Source of the DNA: Callorhinchus milii
Lineage: Eukaryota
DNA: 64,000 nucleotides
Reading direction: 5' to 3'
NCBI RefSeq assembly: GCF_018977255.1
Contig: NW_024704742.1
Coordinates: 50,098,001 to 50,162,000, forward strand
This document shows positions 12,955-57,903 of this stretch, piece by piece. Below the pieces are notes generated by a model, which saw nothing but the letters and a program-made list of their open reading frames with translations, did no database searches and had not been told where the DNA came from. Each line of letters begins with the position of its first letter. Position 1 is the stretch's first letter. The position numbers and the translations under genes were made by a program.

Positions 12955-15779
12955 ATTTTTCCCTTCTAATCACTACAGATTTGAATGCTGATTGATGTTG
13001 CACAGCCAAACATAGAGAAGAATAGTAATATGGTCAGGTAGATTGTATCCTGTACTTTCGTCTCAGATAATTGAGTGTCAATCAAAATTAAATATCTTAA
13101 AAATAAGTAACAGCAATTAATCATCCCAAAAGCTTAGGTCATCTATGTGAGTAGCTTTGAATTTTGCATTATATAATTTTACATTAAAAAATCAAGATAC
13201 TGAAATATCAGAAACAAGCACAGTATCTAGATTTTTTCTGATATTTAGAAAAAATAATTTGAAGCAATCATTTATTTAAGAATTGAAAACATTTTATAAG
13301 GTGTCCTGGCTTTCCACTTGAAGTTGTTTTACATGGCAACCCTTGATCTACTGTGTTCTACAGATTCGTTCTCTATACTCCTGTGTTTCCTCTGCCTATT
13401 CCAGCTCAATCACGTTTTATAGATTGGTACATCCAAAACCACTTCAGCTGCTCCACCTCTTTCCCCTGATATTTCTAGCACACATGTCTTCATACATTTT
13501 TGATTCAAGCTTCGGTGGAAGCCAGCTTTGAATTTATTACCTTTTCGTAAGAAACTCCAACTCATAAAAAGTCAAGGTAATAATTGCTTTCAGTCACTGC
13601 TGGCAAATTAGTGATCCTTGTTAGAAAAGAGAACACAGGATTCTCTCAATTTAGTTATTATGAAATTGAATGGTGCTTAATTTGCATGGAATCAAAACAG
13701 GAGCGTATCTCATTCCTTTACCCTTCAGACTGTAAATTCTTTGGCCATTTCTGGAGGGAGAAAATAAATGAATTACCTCCATTGTCGGTAGAACACAAAC
13801 TTGTCTCGCATGAAGTAGGGAAGAAAGCAACAAATAGTTTCTGCCGCAGATCCATGAAGATCTCAGTCGCTTTTGGTTGGTTACATTTTAATTATATCTT
13901 GCACAAGTCACTTTCACAAACTTCAACAGACTGAGAGGCAGACGTTAATATATCTTTTACACATCTCTGTACAAACATAATTTGTTCCACCTGCTGACAT
14001 TTTAATTTCTGTTACAAAAGATAAACCATTCGAGATACACGTAGCAGCAATAGTGAGCCTGAAAATGTGTATAATTTATTTAGAAATGTGTATTTCTGGG
14101 TTAGAGTCAGGTGATTGGATATCACTCATGTCAGAGCAATGCCAATATTAATTATTGAACAATGTTATACTTCTTTTCATTCATTATTGCTACTGAGCCA
14201 ACATGCAACATAGCAACCCAGTCAGAATCATACAGCAATTCACATTCATTATTGGATAAGACAACAGGCTAGGTCTGTTTTGTCAACAGCATGAACAGTA
14301 TTCCAAGTATGTAAATACAATTATGCTTGAAAGCAATAGGAATATCACTGATAATTATGTATTTTTTCTGGAACTGTAAGCTGTGAAGGTTGAAGTTATC
14401 AAGCTAAATTTCATTAATGACTAATGTAATATATCTCTGTTGCACAACGCAATTTATTAATGGAAGAGCAAGATTTACAAAAGGACCACACCACTCCAAT
14501 TGTAATCGGGATACTTTGACAGGTCAATTTCCACGTTTGCAGGTAATGAACTACACAGAGATGGTGGTATCAGAAAAAGCATGCAGCTCAATTGGCTGAA
14601 TATTAGAATGGCACATTTTTGCCTTTCCTAAAAGCTTGGATTGGATTCCCTCATAATCCTTTTTCCAATCAAAATGTATAGCATTACCTTAGCCTTTCTT
14701 TCTACCCCAATGATCTAAAATCTGGAACTATCTTTGTTGTCATTTGGTAAACAAAATTGTTTTACTATTGTTTCATTATTATAATAATGCTCCAGCTGTG
14801 CTGTCACCGGTGTTTTACAGTGTTTCAGTGATGCTCGTCCAATATTACAGGAGAATCTTATTGATTGCCAACATACTAATCTTTTTTGTTGCATCTTTAT
14901 AGTGGAATTTGCATTCTGTTTGTTATTGGAATGCCTATACTATTCCACAGCAACACTTTAAATATTAATCTGTAAGATTTAAACAGATTATATTTCCCTG
15001 TTCAGATATTTTTAAACCTTAGACCTGCCAGCAGGTCCATGGACACTCCCGCCTCTCTGGGTCAGTACATTTTCTGAGTTGTACATTTTCAACTCACATA
15101 ATGTCATGTGGAGAAAATACTGGATTGTAGTAAAGATACTCAAGCACCAGAACCACCTCATAATAAATCCTGTGAAGTGCCTTGAGATGTCCTCCTGACA
15201 TTAAAGGTACTATACCAAATGTAAACATTATTATTGTTTTATTACAATAAAGGTTAACCCCAAAAGCAAAAATAAATGCAAATCATCATAAGATTATCAA
15301 ACATAAAACCTTTAAAAACATTAGACATGCTTATTCTACCATCCATTTATTCCTTCTATTTCTATTCTTCCCTATTCTACCTTGAAAATTTAATCCTGAC
15401 TTTCTTTTTAACTGTTTTTCTACCTATTTTATGCTAGCCTTTTTATTTATTCCTGCAACATTTCCATCTTTGACATCTGTCACTTATCTTTCTCTTTCTT
15501 CCTTCCTGGTCCCATCATCCATTTTGAAAAGTGGTAGGAACTTTATATTTAAGTGACTTTATATTTTACTGATGGCTCAGAATTAGCCTGATGAGTAATA
15601 TTTACAGGCAATAAAAAACAAATGATAGAAGACTAATAGGGAAATCCTGTTTATGGCTTTGACTCAGTCAAGTTAAAAGTGGAAATCAGGAACTTCTGCG
15701 AGTCACACTTGTCTGCAACTGGGATTGGAAAAGTAAACCCAGAGCAATTTACTTTTAAATGCATTAAGCCAGTAGAGCA

Positions 15780-16015
15780 AGAGGACATATGATTAGAGTT
15801 CCAAAGGGCAATTTTGGGACAGGAATCAGGGCATTTTTCTTTACTCAGAAAGTAACTAATAATTGGAACAGGTTGCCAAGAAAGGTGGTTGAGGCCAGGA
15901 CACTGGACTCATTTAAAAAGCAGCTTTCAGTTGTGATGGAAGGACAGTAGGGTGGGTATTTTGGAGGGATGAGTTCAGATATACTGAAGGGCCTTCTTCA
16001 ATCAAAACAATCTTG
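15780..16015 (+). mobile_element. Old CR1 3' fragment; similar fragments at about 28680-28905 and 52000-52420
   Basis: tttttcttttactcagaaagt...tggaacaggttgcc...gaagggccttcttc. Confidence 0.65.
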
Positions 16016-17144
16016 TGAATATGGAGTTGATGTAAGACTCAATAATTATATATTCATTATTTTGTGTAGGACAAATGATCATAACCTTATATTTCATAAA
16101 GTTTAATCATTTGACTGAGGAAAATCTAAAGAAACACCAGAATTCAGTCTTTCTTTTGTTTCCTATAATCAACAAAATCTCTGTTTCGATGTACAACAAC
16201 CTTCTTTAATCTTGGCAAAAGGACCTTGGAAGATACTTAGGAAACATGGATATTAAGGGATATGGAGAAAAGGTGGGGAATTAAAAGATCTGTCATGATC
16301 TAATAAATAATTGAATTTCATCATGAACAATTGAATAAAATAATAATTAATTGTGTTATGATTCTACTTCTACTTTTCAATCATAAGCTTTATCTGTGCA
16401 ATCATAAATGGTTAAAATTGCAGTGTTCCTAAACACATTCCATACCTTATTTGAGGAATGCTGTTAAAGGGAGTTTTGAAGTATCACCTTCCCTGATCTG
16501 AATAACAGAATAACATCTGTGTCCAAAACCCACCGAAAAGGCTCAGAGCCGGTCTTTCCTGTTTTGTTAATATCAAAGTGGAAGCAAGAGTTAGGCCAGT
16601 AATCCATCAAATTTATGGATTTCATATTGTGACCTGTCAAAGATGTTTTACACAATAAACTAAATCAATAATCTGTAAAGTGACACCTGAAAGGCCACTG
16701 CCACTTGCACAACAGTGGCTTCGCTAAATGGGAAACCATGATAGTAGCTCCCACCATTTTCAGATGGCTTTGGCTCATCATTATTTAGAACTCTAGGAGG
16801 GGGAGGTGTTATTTCAGGACACATTTTAACAATGTTGATCCACTAGAGATTGGAAGATATTTATGAATACCTAAATTCTGACCCCAAAGTTGCAAATTCA
16901 ATAATTAGTGGGGATCCTAGCATTTGTTTGAATATTTTGGATAAAGAGATTATCTTAAAAACTGAGCTACTTGTGATTTCTGGCACCATCTCTCACTTGG
17001 TGAATGAAGTGACCTTCACTTACAATTGGAAGTGTATTTCTCTTATAAAAGTGTGCAGCCACAACCAGACATCTTACATAATACTAGGAGCTGGTTTCCT
17101 TAATTAAAGTGCAGTTCCCCAAATTTATATTCATGGATAGTCTT

Positions 17145-17222
17145 TTTATTCTACAAAAAAATATTACTTTTAAAGAAGGAAATATATATAAAACACAGCT
17201 TTGAATTAATGTTTCCTTTATT
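17145..17222 (-). promoter_or_regulatory. Candidate polyadenylation signals (AATAAA at 17217-17222 and 17145-17150) about 1.1 kb after the stop codon
   Basis: TTTATT on the + strand downstream of the stop; no transcript evidence. Confidence 0.35.
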
Positions 17223-18306
17223 GTAGGCTTCACGGTTCTATAGTTTTAAAATTGTTTTAGTGGACAAGCTGGATTTCCAAACTGTTTATGTACTAATTGA
17301 GGCAGTCTTTCTGCACATTGTATGATGCCATTGTTGGATTAGTCGCAAGATGCACCTTGTGACTTCAGCACCAGTATCATCATGCAAATCACACGCATTG
17401 TATTTTACAGAAAAAACAAAGTGGCAGCAGTAAGCATACATAAAAGAAGTACAATAAATTAAACATTAAAGTTGTGTTATCAGTATTTTTAAAGAAGCCA
17501 ATGGAGTGAAATTAGGCTGGTCTGTAAAGTTACTGGCTTACCCTGTGCTAAGCGTTATTCAAACAAGGTTTGTAACTTTACTGGTTAGTGGATGTTCACT
17601 TCCACCCTCACTCCTGCTGACTTATTTAAACATTATGAGGATGATACTTTGATCATTGTACCAAACTTGGTGAGCAAACCCATCTTACTGTCCACCAGGT
17701 GATACATTTAACAACCAGTAGACCCATTCACCCACAAAGTTTTGTTCATTTACCAATGATCATCCTCTTAGGATCTCTCAGTATATAAGAAAAGTGTGTC
17801 TTTTTACAATTCAACATTTTTCACCCAAACCAAGTAAATTGTTTACTAGACTGAAGAAATTAAAAGTCACTAAGTACTACTTTTAACCATTGACACATTT
17901 GTATTACATATGGTCTTACAATAAAAAAGAAATGAGAAGCGTGTAACTTATTTGTTTAGTTCAACCAATAAGTGCTAACATATGAACTCCTTTGATTTTA
18001 GGTATCTATTTTATAAAACCTTGTAAACAGCGGTAGTGCACAAGCCACATAAACGTACGCACTGAAATCTGACATTTTGCATCTCAACTCATTTCATCCC
18101 TTTTAAGATCCTTACTATCTTGTTCTAAATTGATCTTTCTTTCATTTCGCATCTTGAATCGTTTTATAAATGAGGACTTTTTTCGTGTGCGAATCATGTC
18201 AAAATAAAGGCTTGTTTTATAAACATACCAAAGTACATAGATCAGCAATTACCAGTTGTATTTGGCATCATCACCTTTTAGAAATTCTACACTGCCTTAA
18301 AATGTA

Positions 18307-48908
<30,602 letters not shown>

Positions 48909-49808
48909 TCAGTATAGCAGATATACAATAGAATTGACATTTATACAGCGCCTTTCATGTCGCTAGGATGTCTCAAAGAACTTTAAGACTGGTGGCTGGC
49001 TAGTCACCCAAATTGGGCTGGTAGCCAAAGACGGGAAAGCACCCTCAAATTGATATTAAAGATAAATGACATTCAGCTTCAACAGCAAAAGAAATGTATT
49101 CAAAAATTATGAATTCTATCAATATCAATTACATTGGAATTATGGTAATAAATCAATGGAGGATATGCTTTCAACATGATAAATAGTCCACATATTTCTA
49201 TCACTTGGATAGTTTTTTTTACACAAAATGCTAAAAATATTACCTCCCCCTCATAAATACAGCAGTCAAATTTATTATAATAGCTGCTGCTGCTAAACTT
49301 CAGAACAATTAAAATTACTGAGTTAATAAGCTGCAAGAAAAACAATGGAAAACTATTCATATGAGTAATTAGTCTAAGATTGATGAAAAGGAATAGCAGG
49401 ATTGTCAAAGCCAAGCTTGCATTTCATAGTAGCTTGTCAATTGGAACAAGTGAATGTAATTATTGTTAAGCACAATGACTGTTTTTTGTGAAACCAAACA
49501 CAGCAGTGATTTACACCAGTGCTGTGCCACAAACCAGCATGGGTTAATTGAAACTGGCAAGTGATTAATTGATCTGGAGGATTGTTGGATGTGTCACCAA
49601 GAGCAACTCCTTCCTCTTTTCACAAGGTGTCATGTAGCTTATTGTGGCCAACCACTTTTTTTTTGTTTAGCCGGGTGTCTGACACATGCAGAAACCCATC
49701 ATCTTGCTTAAGAGTATCCAAACCAAACTGAGGTTTCCATGCATCCCACATACACATGGAAATCCTAGAGATAGATTGTTGGAATGGAATGTGCACTGTC
49801 TCCCTGGA

Positions 49809-50563
49809 GAACAACAACAACAACAACAAGATTCCATTTATTGAGCGCCTTTCACGTCGGGAGGACGTCCCAAGGCGCTGTACAGTTGGGACAGGACCCG
49901 AGCAGGGGGGGGAAATGGTCAGGGTGAGGGGAGGGAAGGGAGGGAGCGAGGAGGGGGTAGAGAGTCGAGAGGGGAGCTGAAGGCACGATCAAAGAGAAAG
50001 GTCTTGAGACCGGCCTTGAAGGAGGAAAGGGAGGAGGCGGCGAAGGCACTGGGGGATAGAGTTCCAGAGCCTCGGGGCTGAGAGGCTGAAGGCCCGGCCA
50101 CCGATGGTAGGGCGGTTGGGGCGGGGGATGTGGAGCAGACCGGAGCCAGAGGAACGGAGGGTACGGGCAGGTAGGTAGGGGATAGTAGGTCGGAGAGGTA
50201 GGAGGGAGCGAGGCCGTGAATGGCCTTGTAGGTGAGGATGAGGATCTTGAATTCGATCCTCTGGGGGATGGGGAGCCAGTGGAGGTGAGTGAGGGTGGGA
50301 GTGATGTGGTCGCGAAGCCTGGTGCGGGACAGTACACGAGCTGCAGAGTTCTGAATGACCTGCAGCTTGTGGAGGGAGGTGCCGGGAAGGCCGGCGAGGA
50401 GAGAGTTTCCATAGTCCAGCCTTGAGGTGATGAAGGTGTGGACCAGAGTTTCAGCAGCGTGAGGGGTGAGGTAGTGCCGTAGTCTGGCGATATTCCGAAG
50501 GTGATGGAAGGCGGTGCCAGTTGTGGCGCGGATATGGGGGAGAAAGGACAGCTCAGGGTCGAA
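49809..50563 (-). mobile_element. Young 5'-truncated L2, near-identical to 1697-2495
   Basis: Long exact matches to the first young copy; (CAA)n on the + strand. Confidence 0.93.
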
Positions 50564-50999
50564 CAGAACTACTCACCTAATTCCATATTAGGTGCAGGTT
50601 GGCAGGAACCAAGGCTTGGGGACCCAAGAGTGTGTGTTGGGGTACTGCTGGATTCTAACCAGCTAAAACTGCATAGCTTGCCATTGATATAGCAAGCTTT
50701 CCTGCTGCTTGTCCAGCTAGGACCACCCTACCCATGCAGGGTTAACAGGAGCTGAGCAGGAAGATTCCTGCCCCAGTGACTGGTCTGCCCTTCCAAGTCC
50801 TGCCATTGAGCCAGACTGGCTGTGCTTTCATCAGCAGTGCCCTGGAATACTGCGGACCTGCTTGGCTCTGGTACTGGACTACTGAGACCACCACATAGGG
50901 CTGGCTCGATTCCGACATTCCATTCCCACCCATGTCACCTTGGAGCCAGTACAGCTCCAAGGAGACCCGCTGTACCAGTGCTGAAGAGGTCAAAAGGGT

Positions 51000-51960
51000 T
51001 GTTGGCCTCACCAACTCCTTCCTCCACAGGCTGCAGATCATCAGAACTCTGCAGCCCGTGTCCTCTCCCGCATCAGGCTCTGCAACCCTATCAACCCTAT
51101 CCTCGTCCGGCTCCACTAGCTTCCCATCACACAGAGGATGCAGTTCAAGATGTGGTCCTCACCTTCAAAGACCTCTACGGCCTTGCTCCTCCCTACCTCT
51201 GTGACCTCTTAACCCCCTACCAACCTATCCGCTCCCTCCGCTCAGTGGACTCGGGCCTGCTTCACGTCCCCCGCCTCGCCCACCCCACCATTGATGGGTG
51301 GGCTTTCAGCCTCTCTGCCCCCACCCTCTGGAACTCTATACCACGGTCCCTTTGCTTTGCCCCCTTCCTTGCCTCCTTCAAGATCCATCTCAAGACCTTC
51401 CTTTTCAACCGTGCCTTTAGTCACCTTCCTATTCCTACCCTCCCTGCCCTCCACCCCTCCTGATCCCAACCACCAGCTCAGATGTGGATCCCTGACTGTC
51501 CAGCGCCTTGGGACGTCCTCCTGACGTGAAAGGCGCACAAAGTTCTGTAGCTCAGTGGTTAGAGCATTTGCCTCGCAAGCAAAAGACCTGGGTTCAATTC
51601 CCGGCAGGGCGAAACCTTGAGTAAGTTTCTGTACTACACATGCCTGATAATAATCCCTCAAGAAAAAAAAAAATAATAATAATAATTTGGTCACTCAATC
51701 CACGTCTGTTTGTGGGACACTGCTGTGCGCAATTAGCTGCCGCGTTTTGCCCACAAATATACAACAACAACAAAAATGACATTTGTATGGTGCCTTTCAT
51801 GTTGGGACCACATCCGAAGGCCCTGGATACAGTCAATTTATTTTTCAGTATATTCTGTGAAGCGTTTTGAGATGTCTAGAAGACGTGAAAAGCGCTGTAT
51901 CAAATGCAAGGATTATTATTATTATTATATACAAATGTAATTTATTGTTGTTATTGTTGA
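51000..51960 (+). mobile_element. L2 3' fragment with a nested SINE (51541-51927), which holds an L2 tail (51764-51826)
   Basis: LTFKDLYGLAPPYLCDLL; tail split at aggcgc|tatacaaatg. Confidence 0.88.
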
Positions 51961-52799
51961 TCCCTAAGGATGGCTTATGAAGAATAAGCTTTGAGGAATA
52001 AATGGTTAATGTAAGAGTCTTTAGCCTAGAAAAGAGATGCTTCAGAGGCAATATTAAAGAGCTAATAAGCGCTCCATGATGCTAGCCTGTGTGAAGGGTG
52101 CTAAATTAATTCAGTCTGTTATTGTTGTAGTACAAGATGTATCACGGGATAGATCTAGAAAAATATTTTCGTATACACCAAAGCACAAGATGAGAAGGAA
52201 TGAGTTAAGGGCCGTAAATAGCAATTTTAGGGCAGGCACCAAAAAGCATTTCTTTACACTGAGGGCAGGTAATATCTGGAATGGGTAACCAAGAAGAAGG
52301 TAGGGAATTTGAACTCATCTAAAAAGCATGTTTTTGCTGCAATGGTTAAATTGGGAGTCTGAGTATTTTGGAAAGAAGCGATCAAATGGTCATTTTTCAT
52401 CTGCCCCTCTCTTTGGGATCTTGTGCGTTCTAATGATGGTAACAGGAAAGCAAAGATCAAAGGAAACTCTAAACAATAATTATCTTTGATATATAAAAAA
52501 TGAGGCCTCAGTTTGTTTTTTCCCCTCGGCATATACCCAGTGGAGATTTTGAGTCAAGTGCTTCAGCTAAACAAAAAAAAAGACTTGAAAATTCAATGAT
52601 TTGTAGTTGGGAAGAACAGATGCATGCCACCCATCAAAGTAAAGCAACAATGTTCCACTTTCATTTTTTTCACACAATCAACAATCAACAGAAAGAAAAA
52701 GTTCAATTATTATCAAAATTTAACCAGACACAGTTTTGGTTTGATCCTGTCATTGTAATAAAACAGAAAAGAAGCTCAAGTGTTAGCATTTACAGAGTA

Positions 52800-53190
52800 A
52801 AAGGGCTCTATCCTCGGTCCTCTCCTTTTGCCATCTTTATGCCCCCACTTTGTAACATCATCTGCAGCCATGGTGTTCACTGTACACAAATGACACCCGA
52901 CTCCATTTCTCTGCCTACACCCTTGTCTCCAGGACCACTGCTGTTCGACTGATTATCTGTTAGATATCAAGTCTTCAATCCTTCAGTTAAGCGTAAGCAA
53001 TATCAAACATCTCCTGCTTGGCTCTCATCAGTGCCTTCTCAGCTCAGGCACTGACCGCAATAACCTGTTCACTCCACCTCGTGGCTCCAGTATGGAAACT
53101 CAGTGTCTTGTTTTACCCCTAAAAGTTTGTCAAATCTTACATCTAAGTCCTTACTTACTCAGCTTTCCCTCATCTTCCCACCTCCGCTAA
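52800..53190 (+). mobile_element. Degraded L2 RT-region fragment
   Basis: GSILGPLL..AIFMPPLCNIICSHGV across a frameshift. Confidence 0.7.
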
Positions 53191-53468
53191 AACCGCAGAC
53201 CTGGTATATAATCAAAGAGGGTCATAAATGATCCTTGCATTTGATTTAGTGCTTAGAAGAACAAAATGTTCCAAGTCCCAATTTTTGTCAAGTGCAGTGA
53301 CTTTTTTGGAGGCAAATGCAGCAGCCAACTTGCACTTAGCAAAATTTCACAATTTGTCTGTTTGCAGGATATTGCTGTGTGCAACTTGGTTGCTTTATTT
53401 GCCCAGTAAATGTACTTAACAGTAATTATTGAAGAGAGGGCACTGGAAGAGAAGTGGTGTCTGTAGAG

Positions 53469-53692
53469 CAGGTGGTGGCCAACCTTTTGGGCCCATCAAC
53501 CAAATACATTTTCTTGATTGAATATTTCTTCATTTACCACCACACCATCGGCATCGCCACTCGATAGATACTGGAAACAAGGCGTTGATTTGGATTTGAG
53601 ACTGAAGTGGACTGGGTCGAATATTCAGCAACCACTTCTTGATGGCCCCGCAGGCCACTTCTGGCCAGGAGATCATGGGTTGGCCACCGTTG
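53469..53692. mobile_element. Non-autonomous hAT-type MITE
   Basis: TIRs caggtggtggccaacc and ggttggccaccgttg; no clear TSD. Confidence 0.65.
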
Positions 53693-54240
53693 CATTTATA
53701 TGGCACCCTTCACGCTGGGTAGCATCTCAGAAGGCTTAACAGTTGCAGAGCTTAATGCTGAGGGGGCGGTGACTGTAGGCTGGTCAAAGACAAGAAGGAC
53801 GCAAGGCAGAGAAATTGAGGCAGAGTTTTCCAGAGTTTGTGGGCCTAGTGGCTGAAAGCACAGCTGCCAATGGTGGAATGGAAAGGACAAGGGACATGGT
53901 GGAGTCCATAGCCAGATGAGCAAAGCCTGTTGGTAGTGGAGTGGGGTATGAGTAGGTCAGAGAGGTGCTAGGGCATGAAATGATTTGTAAGGAGCATGAG
54001 GATCTTGGCATGACCTTCCGACGCAAAAGGTGCTACATAAATGTATTTTTTTGCAGTTGTTGAATGCAATCCATTCTGCAATAGGGAGCCAGTGGAGTCA
54101 GGTAAGGACTGGGGTGCTGGATTTACCAAGTTTGGGGCAGATGAGGATACAGGTGGGGAATTTTTAATTAATTGGATTTTATGAATGGTGAAGCTGGGGA
54201 GACTGGCGAGGGGTTCACTAGAATAATCGAGGCGGGACCT
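53693..54240 (-). mobile_element. Degraded L2 fragment
   Basis: SRLDYSSEPLASLPSFTIHKIQLIKN. Confidence 0.75.
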
Positions 54241-55059
54241 GTCGAATGTATTCATATTTAGATGATAATTAATCTCACATCAACTAACATTGTGCCCTTG
54301 GTGACTATGCAGATGGTTGTGGAAGCCAAAGAGTAGCCTACAGGGGTCTCAATCTGCCATCCCATAGATTACACCATTTCAGGTACAGTACACAGAACGC
54401 TGGATTCCTTCAACTTCATGACTGAGTTTGATACACTGGTTCTGCTTGCAATGTCCTCATCACAAATTTGAAAATCCTGGGCCCAAAAACTTCAAAGTCA
54501 TTGCCTTAAAATTTTAAACTGAGCAGAATTGTGGCAGATTCTCAAACTGAATTATAACATTACACTGAACATAAAACTCTGGATGGGTTTAAATTCCAGA
54601 ACCTCCCCAATATCTCCCACAAAGCAGTGTAGCACAAATTATTTATTTTAATGCTATTTAAACTATTTATTTTATCAGAGGATTACCCCATAAATAATAT
54701 GACCCAATTCCAGTTCTTGATAATGAAAAATGTGTTGCAAGAATTTTGTAAATAACAGGATGAATATTTGCATTTATTTTATACATCATTATTAATTAAA
54801 TATTATTATTCTTTAATATGATTGTTAAATTGTTGAAAGAATAATACTCAACAATATTAATAATACCATATTATTCAGATTAATTATGAAAATGCATACA
54901 TCAAAAATTGGAATAATAATAATCCTTTCATTTGATATCACACATATAGTAATAAATGTGTTTCACAGGTAATTGAAGTAAAGTGTAGTGACTATGTATT
55001 TGTAGGGGAATGTAGCAACCAATTTGTAGCAACCATCCTGGAAAATAAAAACCCAAATA

Positions 55060-55780
55060 GGGTAGAGGAGCTAGGGGTGCACATACACAATTCACTAAAA
55101 GTAGCAACGCAAGTTAATAAGGCCATAAAAAGCAAACCAGGGATTGGGGTTCATTGTTAGAGGGATAGAAATGAAAAGCAGGGAAGTTATGGTAAACTTC
55201 TATAGAATGTTGGTTAGACCACACTTAGAATACTGTGTGCAGTTCTGGTCCCCACATTATAGAAGATGTAGAGGCACTGGGGAGGGTGCAAAGGAGATTC
55301 ACAAGGATGATCCCAGAACTGAGAGGATATACCTATCAGGAAAGGCTGAACATGCTTGGACTCTTTTCTCTTGAAAATAGGAGGGTAAGGGGTGACCGGA
55401 TAGAAATCTTTACAATTATGAAAGGTTTTGATACGGTAGACGTAGGGAAGACGTTTCCACTTGTGGGGGAGACCAAAACCAGGAGCCATCAATATAAAAT
55501 AGTCTCAAATAGATCAAATAGGGAAGTTAGAAGAAATTTCTTAACACAGAGAGTAATGGGAATGTGGAACATTCTACCACAAGGAGTTGTTGGGCAAATA
55601 GCATAGATGTATTTAAGGGAAAGCTCAATAGGTACATGAGGGAGAAAGGAATAGAAGGTTATGCTTGAAGGCTCAGTTAAGGAAGGGCAGGAGGAGGCTC
55701 ATGTGGAACATAAACACCGGCATAGATCAGTTGGGCCGAATGGCCTGTTTCTGTCCTGTATATTCTAATATATTCTAATG
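55060..55780 (+). mobile_element. CR1 LINE 3' fragment
   Basis: YRMLVRPHLEYCVQFWSPHY...LGRVQRRFTRMIP; (TATTCTAA)-type tail. Confidence 0.92.
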
Positions 55781-56129
55781 TAATTTGCAAACAGCAATGT
55801 CCCACAAATAACAATTAAAAGGACTAATTAACTGTGGATTATTGGCCAGGACACCAGGAAAAACTCATATCTTGGGATCTTCAATGTCCACCTGAAGAGG
55901 CAGATGGAAGCTTACTTTAACATGTCATCCAAAGGACAGCACATCCAATAATGCAGTGCATTGGAGTGTCAGCCTAGACTGTACAAGTGTATATGTCCCC
56001 CACTCCCCACCCTCAACAGGGCTTGAACACAAAACATTCTCAGCTAGAGGCAACAGTACTGCTAACTGCCTCCTAAGTAGAGCAACAAAACATGTACATT
56101 TTGCCCACAAAACAACGATTTTTGTATAT

Positions 56130-56363
56130 CTTCCAAACGTCTCAAAGTGCTTCACAGAATATACTGTAAAGTGAATTGACTGCATGTTTTGTGAGTGAAA
56201 CACAGCAGCCAATTGAGCACAGCAGTGATCCACAAATTATTATTTTTTTAAGCGAGTATTACCCCCAAAAAAGTGATCCGCCAATCAACTAACAACCGGA
56301 TTGTGAGACAAACAATCTCTCACTTGCAGGGCAAATGCTCTAACCACTAAGCTACGGGACTCC
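56130..56363 (-). mobile_element. Degraded tRNA-Deu SINE
   Basis: Head remnant accactaagctacgggactcca; Deu core. Confidence 0.7.
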
Positions 56364-56574
56364 AAGGATCAAATGCAAGGATTATTATTTCAGCCCATAT
56401 TTGTCTGTGACTAGAGAGGCTAAGTGTAATAATAATTAATTCTTAAAATTGTGTAAATTTACTGTTATCCCCTTTGAATTATATTCAGGGTTCTTGATAT
56501 TTACCTTTAAAAATCTATTCGCTTTCTTAATTTCTGCATCAGTGTGAGGCAATTTCGGCAACCAAAATCTTCTT

Positions 56575-57135
56575 CTTAGAATATTGTGTGCAGTTTTGGT
56601 CTCCTTATTTAAGAAAATACATACTGGCTTTAGAGGGGGTGCAGCGTAGATTCACTAGGTTAGTTTCTGGGATGAGGGGATTGACCTATGAGGATAGGTT
56701 GAGTAAACTAGGCCTATATTCTCTAGAATATAGAAGAATTAGGAGTGATCTTATAGAAACATATAAAATACTTAGGGGGCTTGACAGAGTGAGTGTGAGA
56801 CTGTTTCCCCTGGTAGGAGAATCTAAAACTAGGGGTCACAGTCTTAAGATTAAGGGTCAGCCTTTTCGAACAAAGTTGAGGAAACACTTCTTCACTCAGA
56901 GGGAAGTGAATTTATGGAATTCTCTACCCCAGAAGGCTGTAGATGCTCAGTCCTTGAACATATTCAAGACTGAGATTGATAGATTTCTAAAGGATAGAGG
57001 GATTAAGGGATATGGGGATAAGGCGGGCAGATGGAGTTAGGTTAGAAGATCAGCCATGATCTTATTGAATGGCAGGGCAGGCTTGAGGGGCCAAATGGCC
57101 TACTCCTGCTCCTAGTTCCTATGTTTCTATGTTCT
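56575..57135 (+). mobile_element. CR1 LINE 3' fragment
   Basis: VQFWSPYLRKYILALEGVQRRFTRL...FFTQREVNLWNSLP; (CTATGTTT)-type tail. Confidence 0.93.
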
Positions 57136-57582
57136 TACTCTTAGACTTTAGTAAGGATTTTCCTTCCACCTTATACTCAGACTTGGTACTCTCGGGAATA
57201 CTGTACATAGACTTTTCCAGTGCTTTGGGACGTCCTCCCGACGTGAAATGAGTTCTATAAATGCAATTTTGTTGTTGTTGTATCTATCAATTTTTAAGAT
57301 TGTTTTTCAATTTTAAAGTACTCAGCCTTTCTAATTCTCCCTGACAGCTTTAAAAGGCACTATCTCAAAGTTTGCATTTCTATGAAATTCGTTGCCGTCT
57401 GCAAATGTAGCACTCATCCAGATCATTAATAGAAATAAGGAGGAAATTAAAGGTAGCCTCCACTGAGCACAAAGATACTCCACAGGTTCATCTCTAACCA
57501 AATGATTTTCATCTATAATCTTCCTTGGTTTTGTATTTTCTGACAACTTATCTATCCAATATGCGACATTTTCCTTAATTAA

Positions 57583-57903
57583 TAATAATAATATTAATAA
57601 TCCTTGCATTTGATATAACGCTTTTCACGTCTTCTATACGTCCCAAAGCGCTTCACAGAACACACTGTAAAGTGAATTGACTGTATATTTGTGGGCGAAC
57701 GCGGTAGCCAATTGCGCACAGCAATGTCCCACAAACAGTCGTAGATTAAAAATGACCAATTTATTATTGTTTTTGGTTTTGGAGGGATTATTATTAGGTG
57801 TGTGGAGTAAGGAAACTTGCCCAAGGTTTCGCCCTGTCTGGAATTGAACTCAGGTCTCTCACTTGCAAAGCGAGTGCTCTAACCACTGAGCTACAGGACT
57901 CCA
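57583..57903 (-). mobile_element. Young tRNA-Deu SINE, short subfamily
   Basis: Near-identical to 35551-35884. Confidence 0.92.

Noticed and set aside
52500..52952. 150-aa ORF and the many other 60-200 aa ORFs
   Set aside because: They are chance ORFs or LINE/SINE-derived, with no splice-supported host protein.
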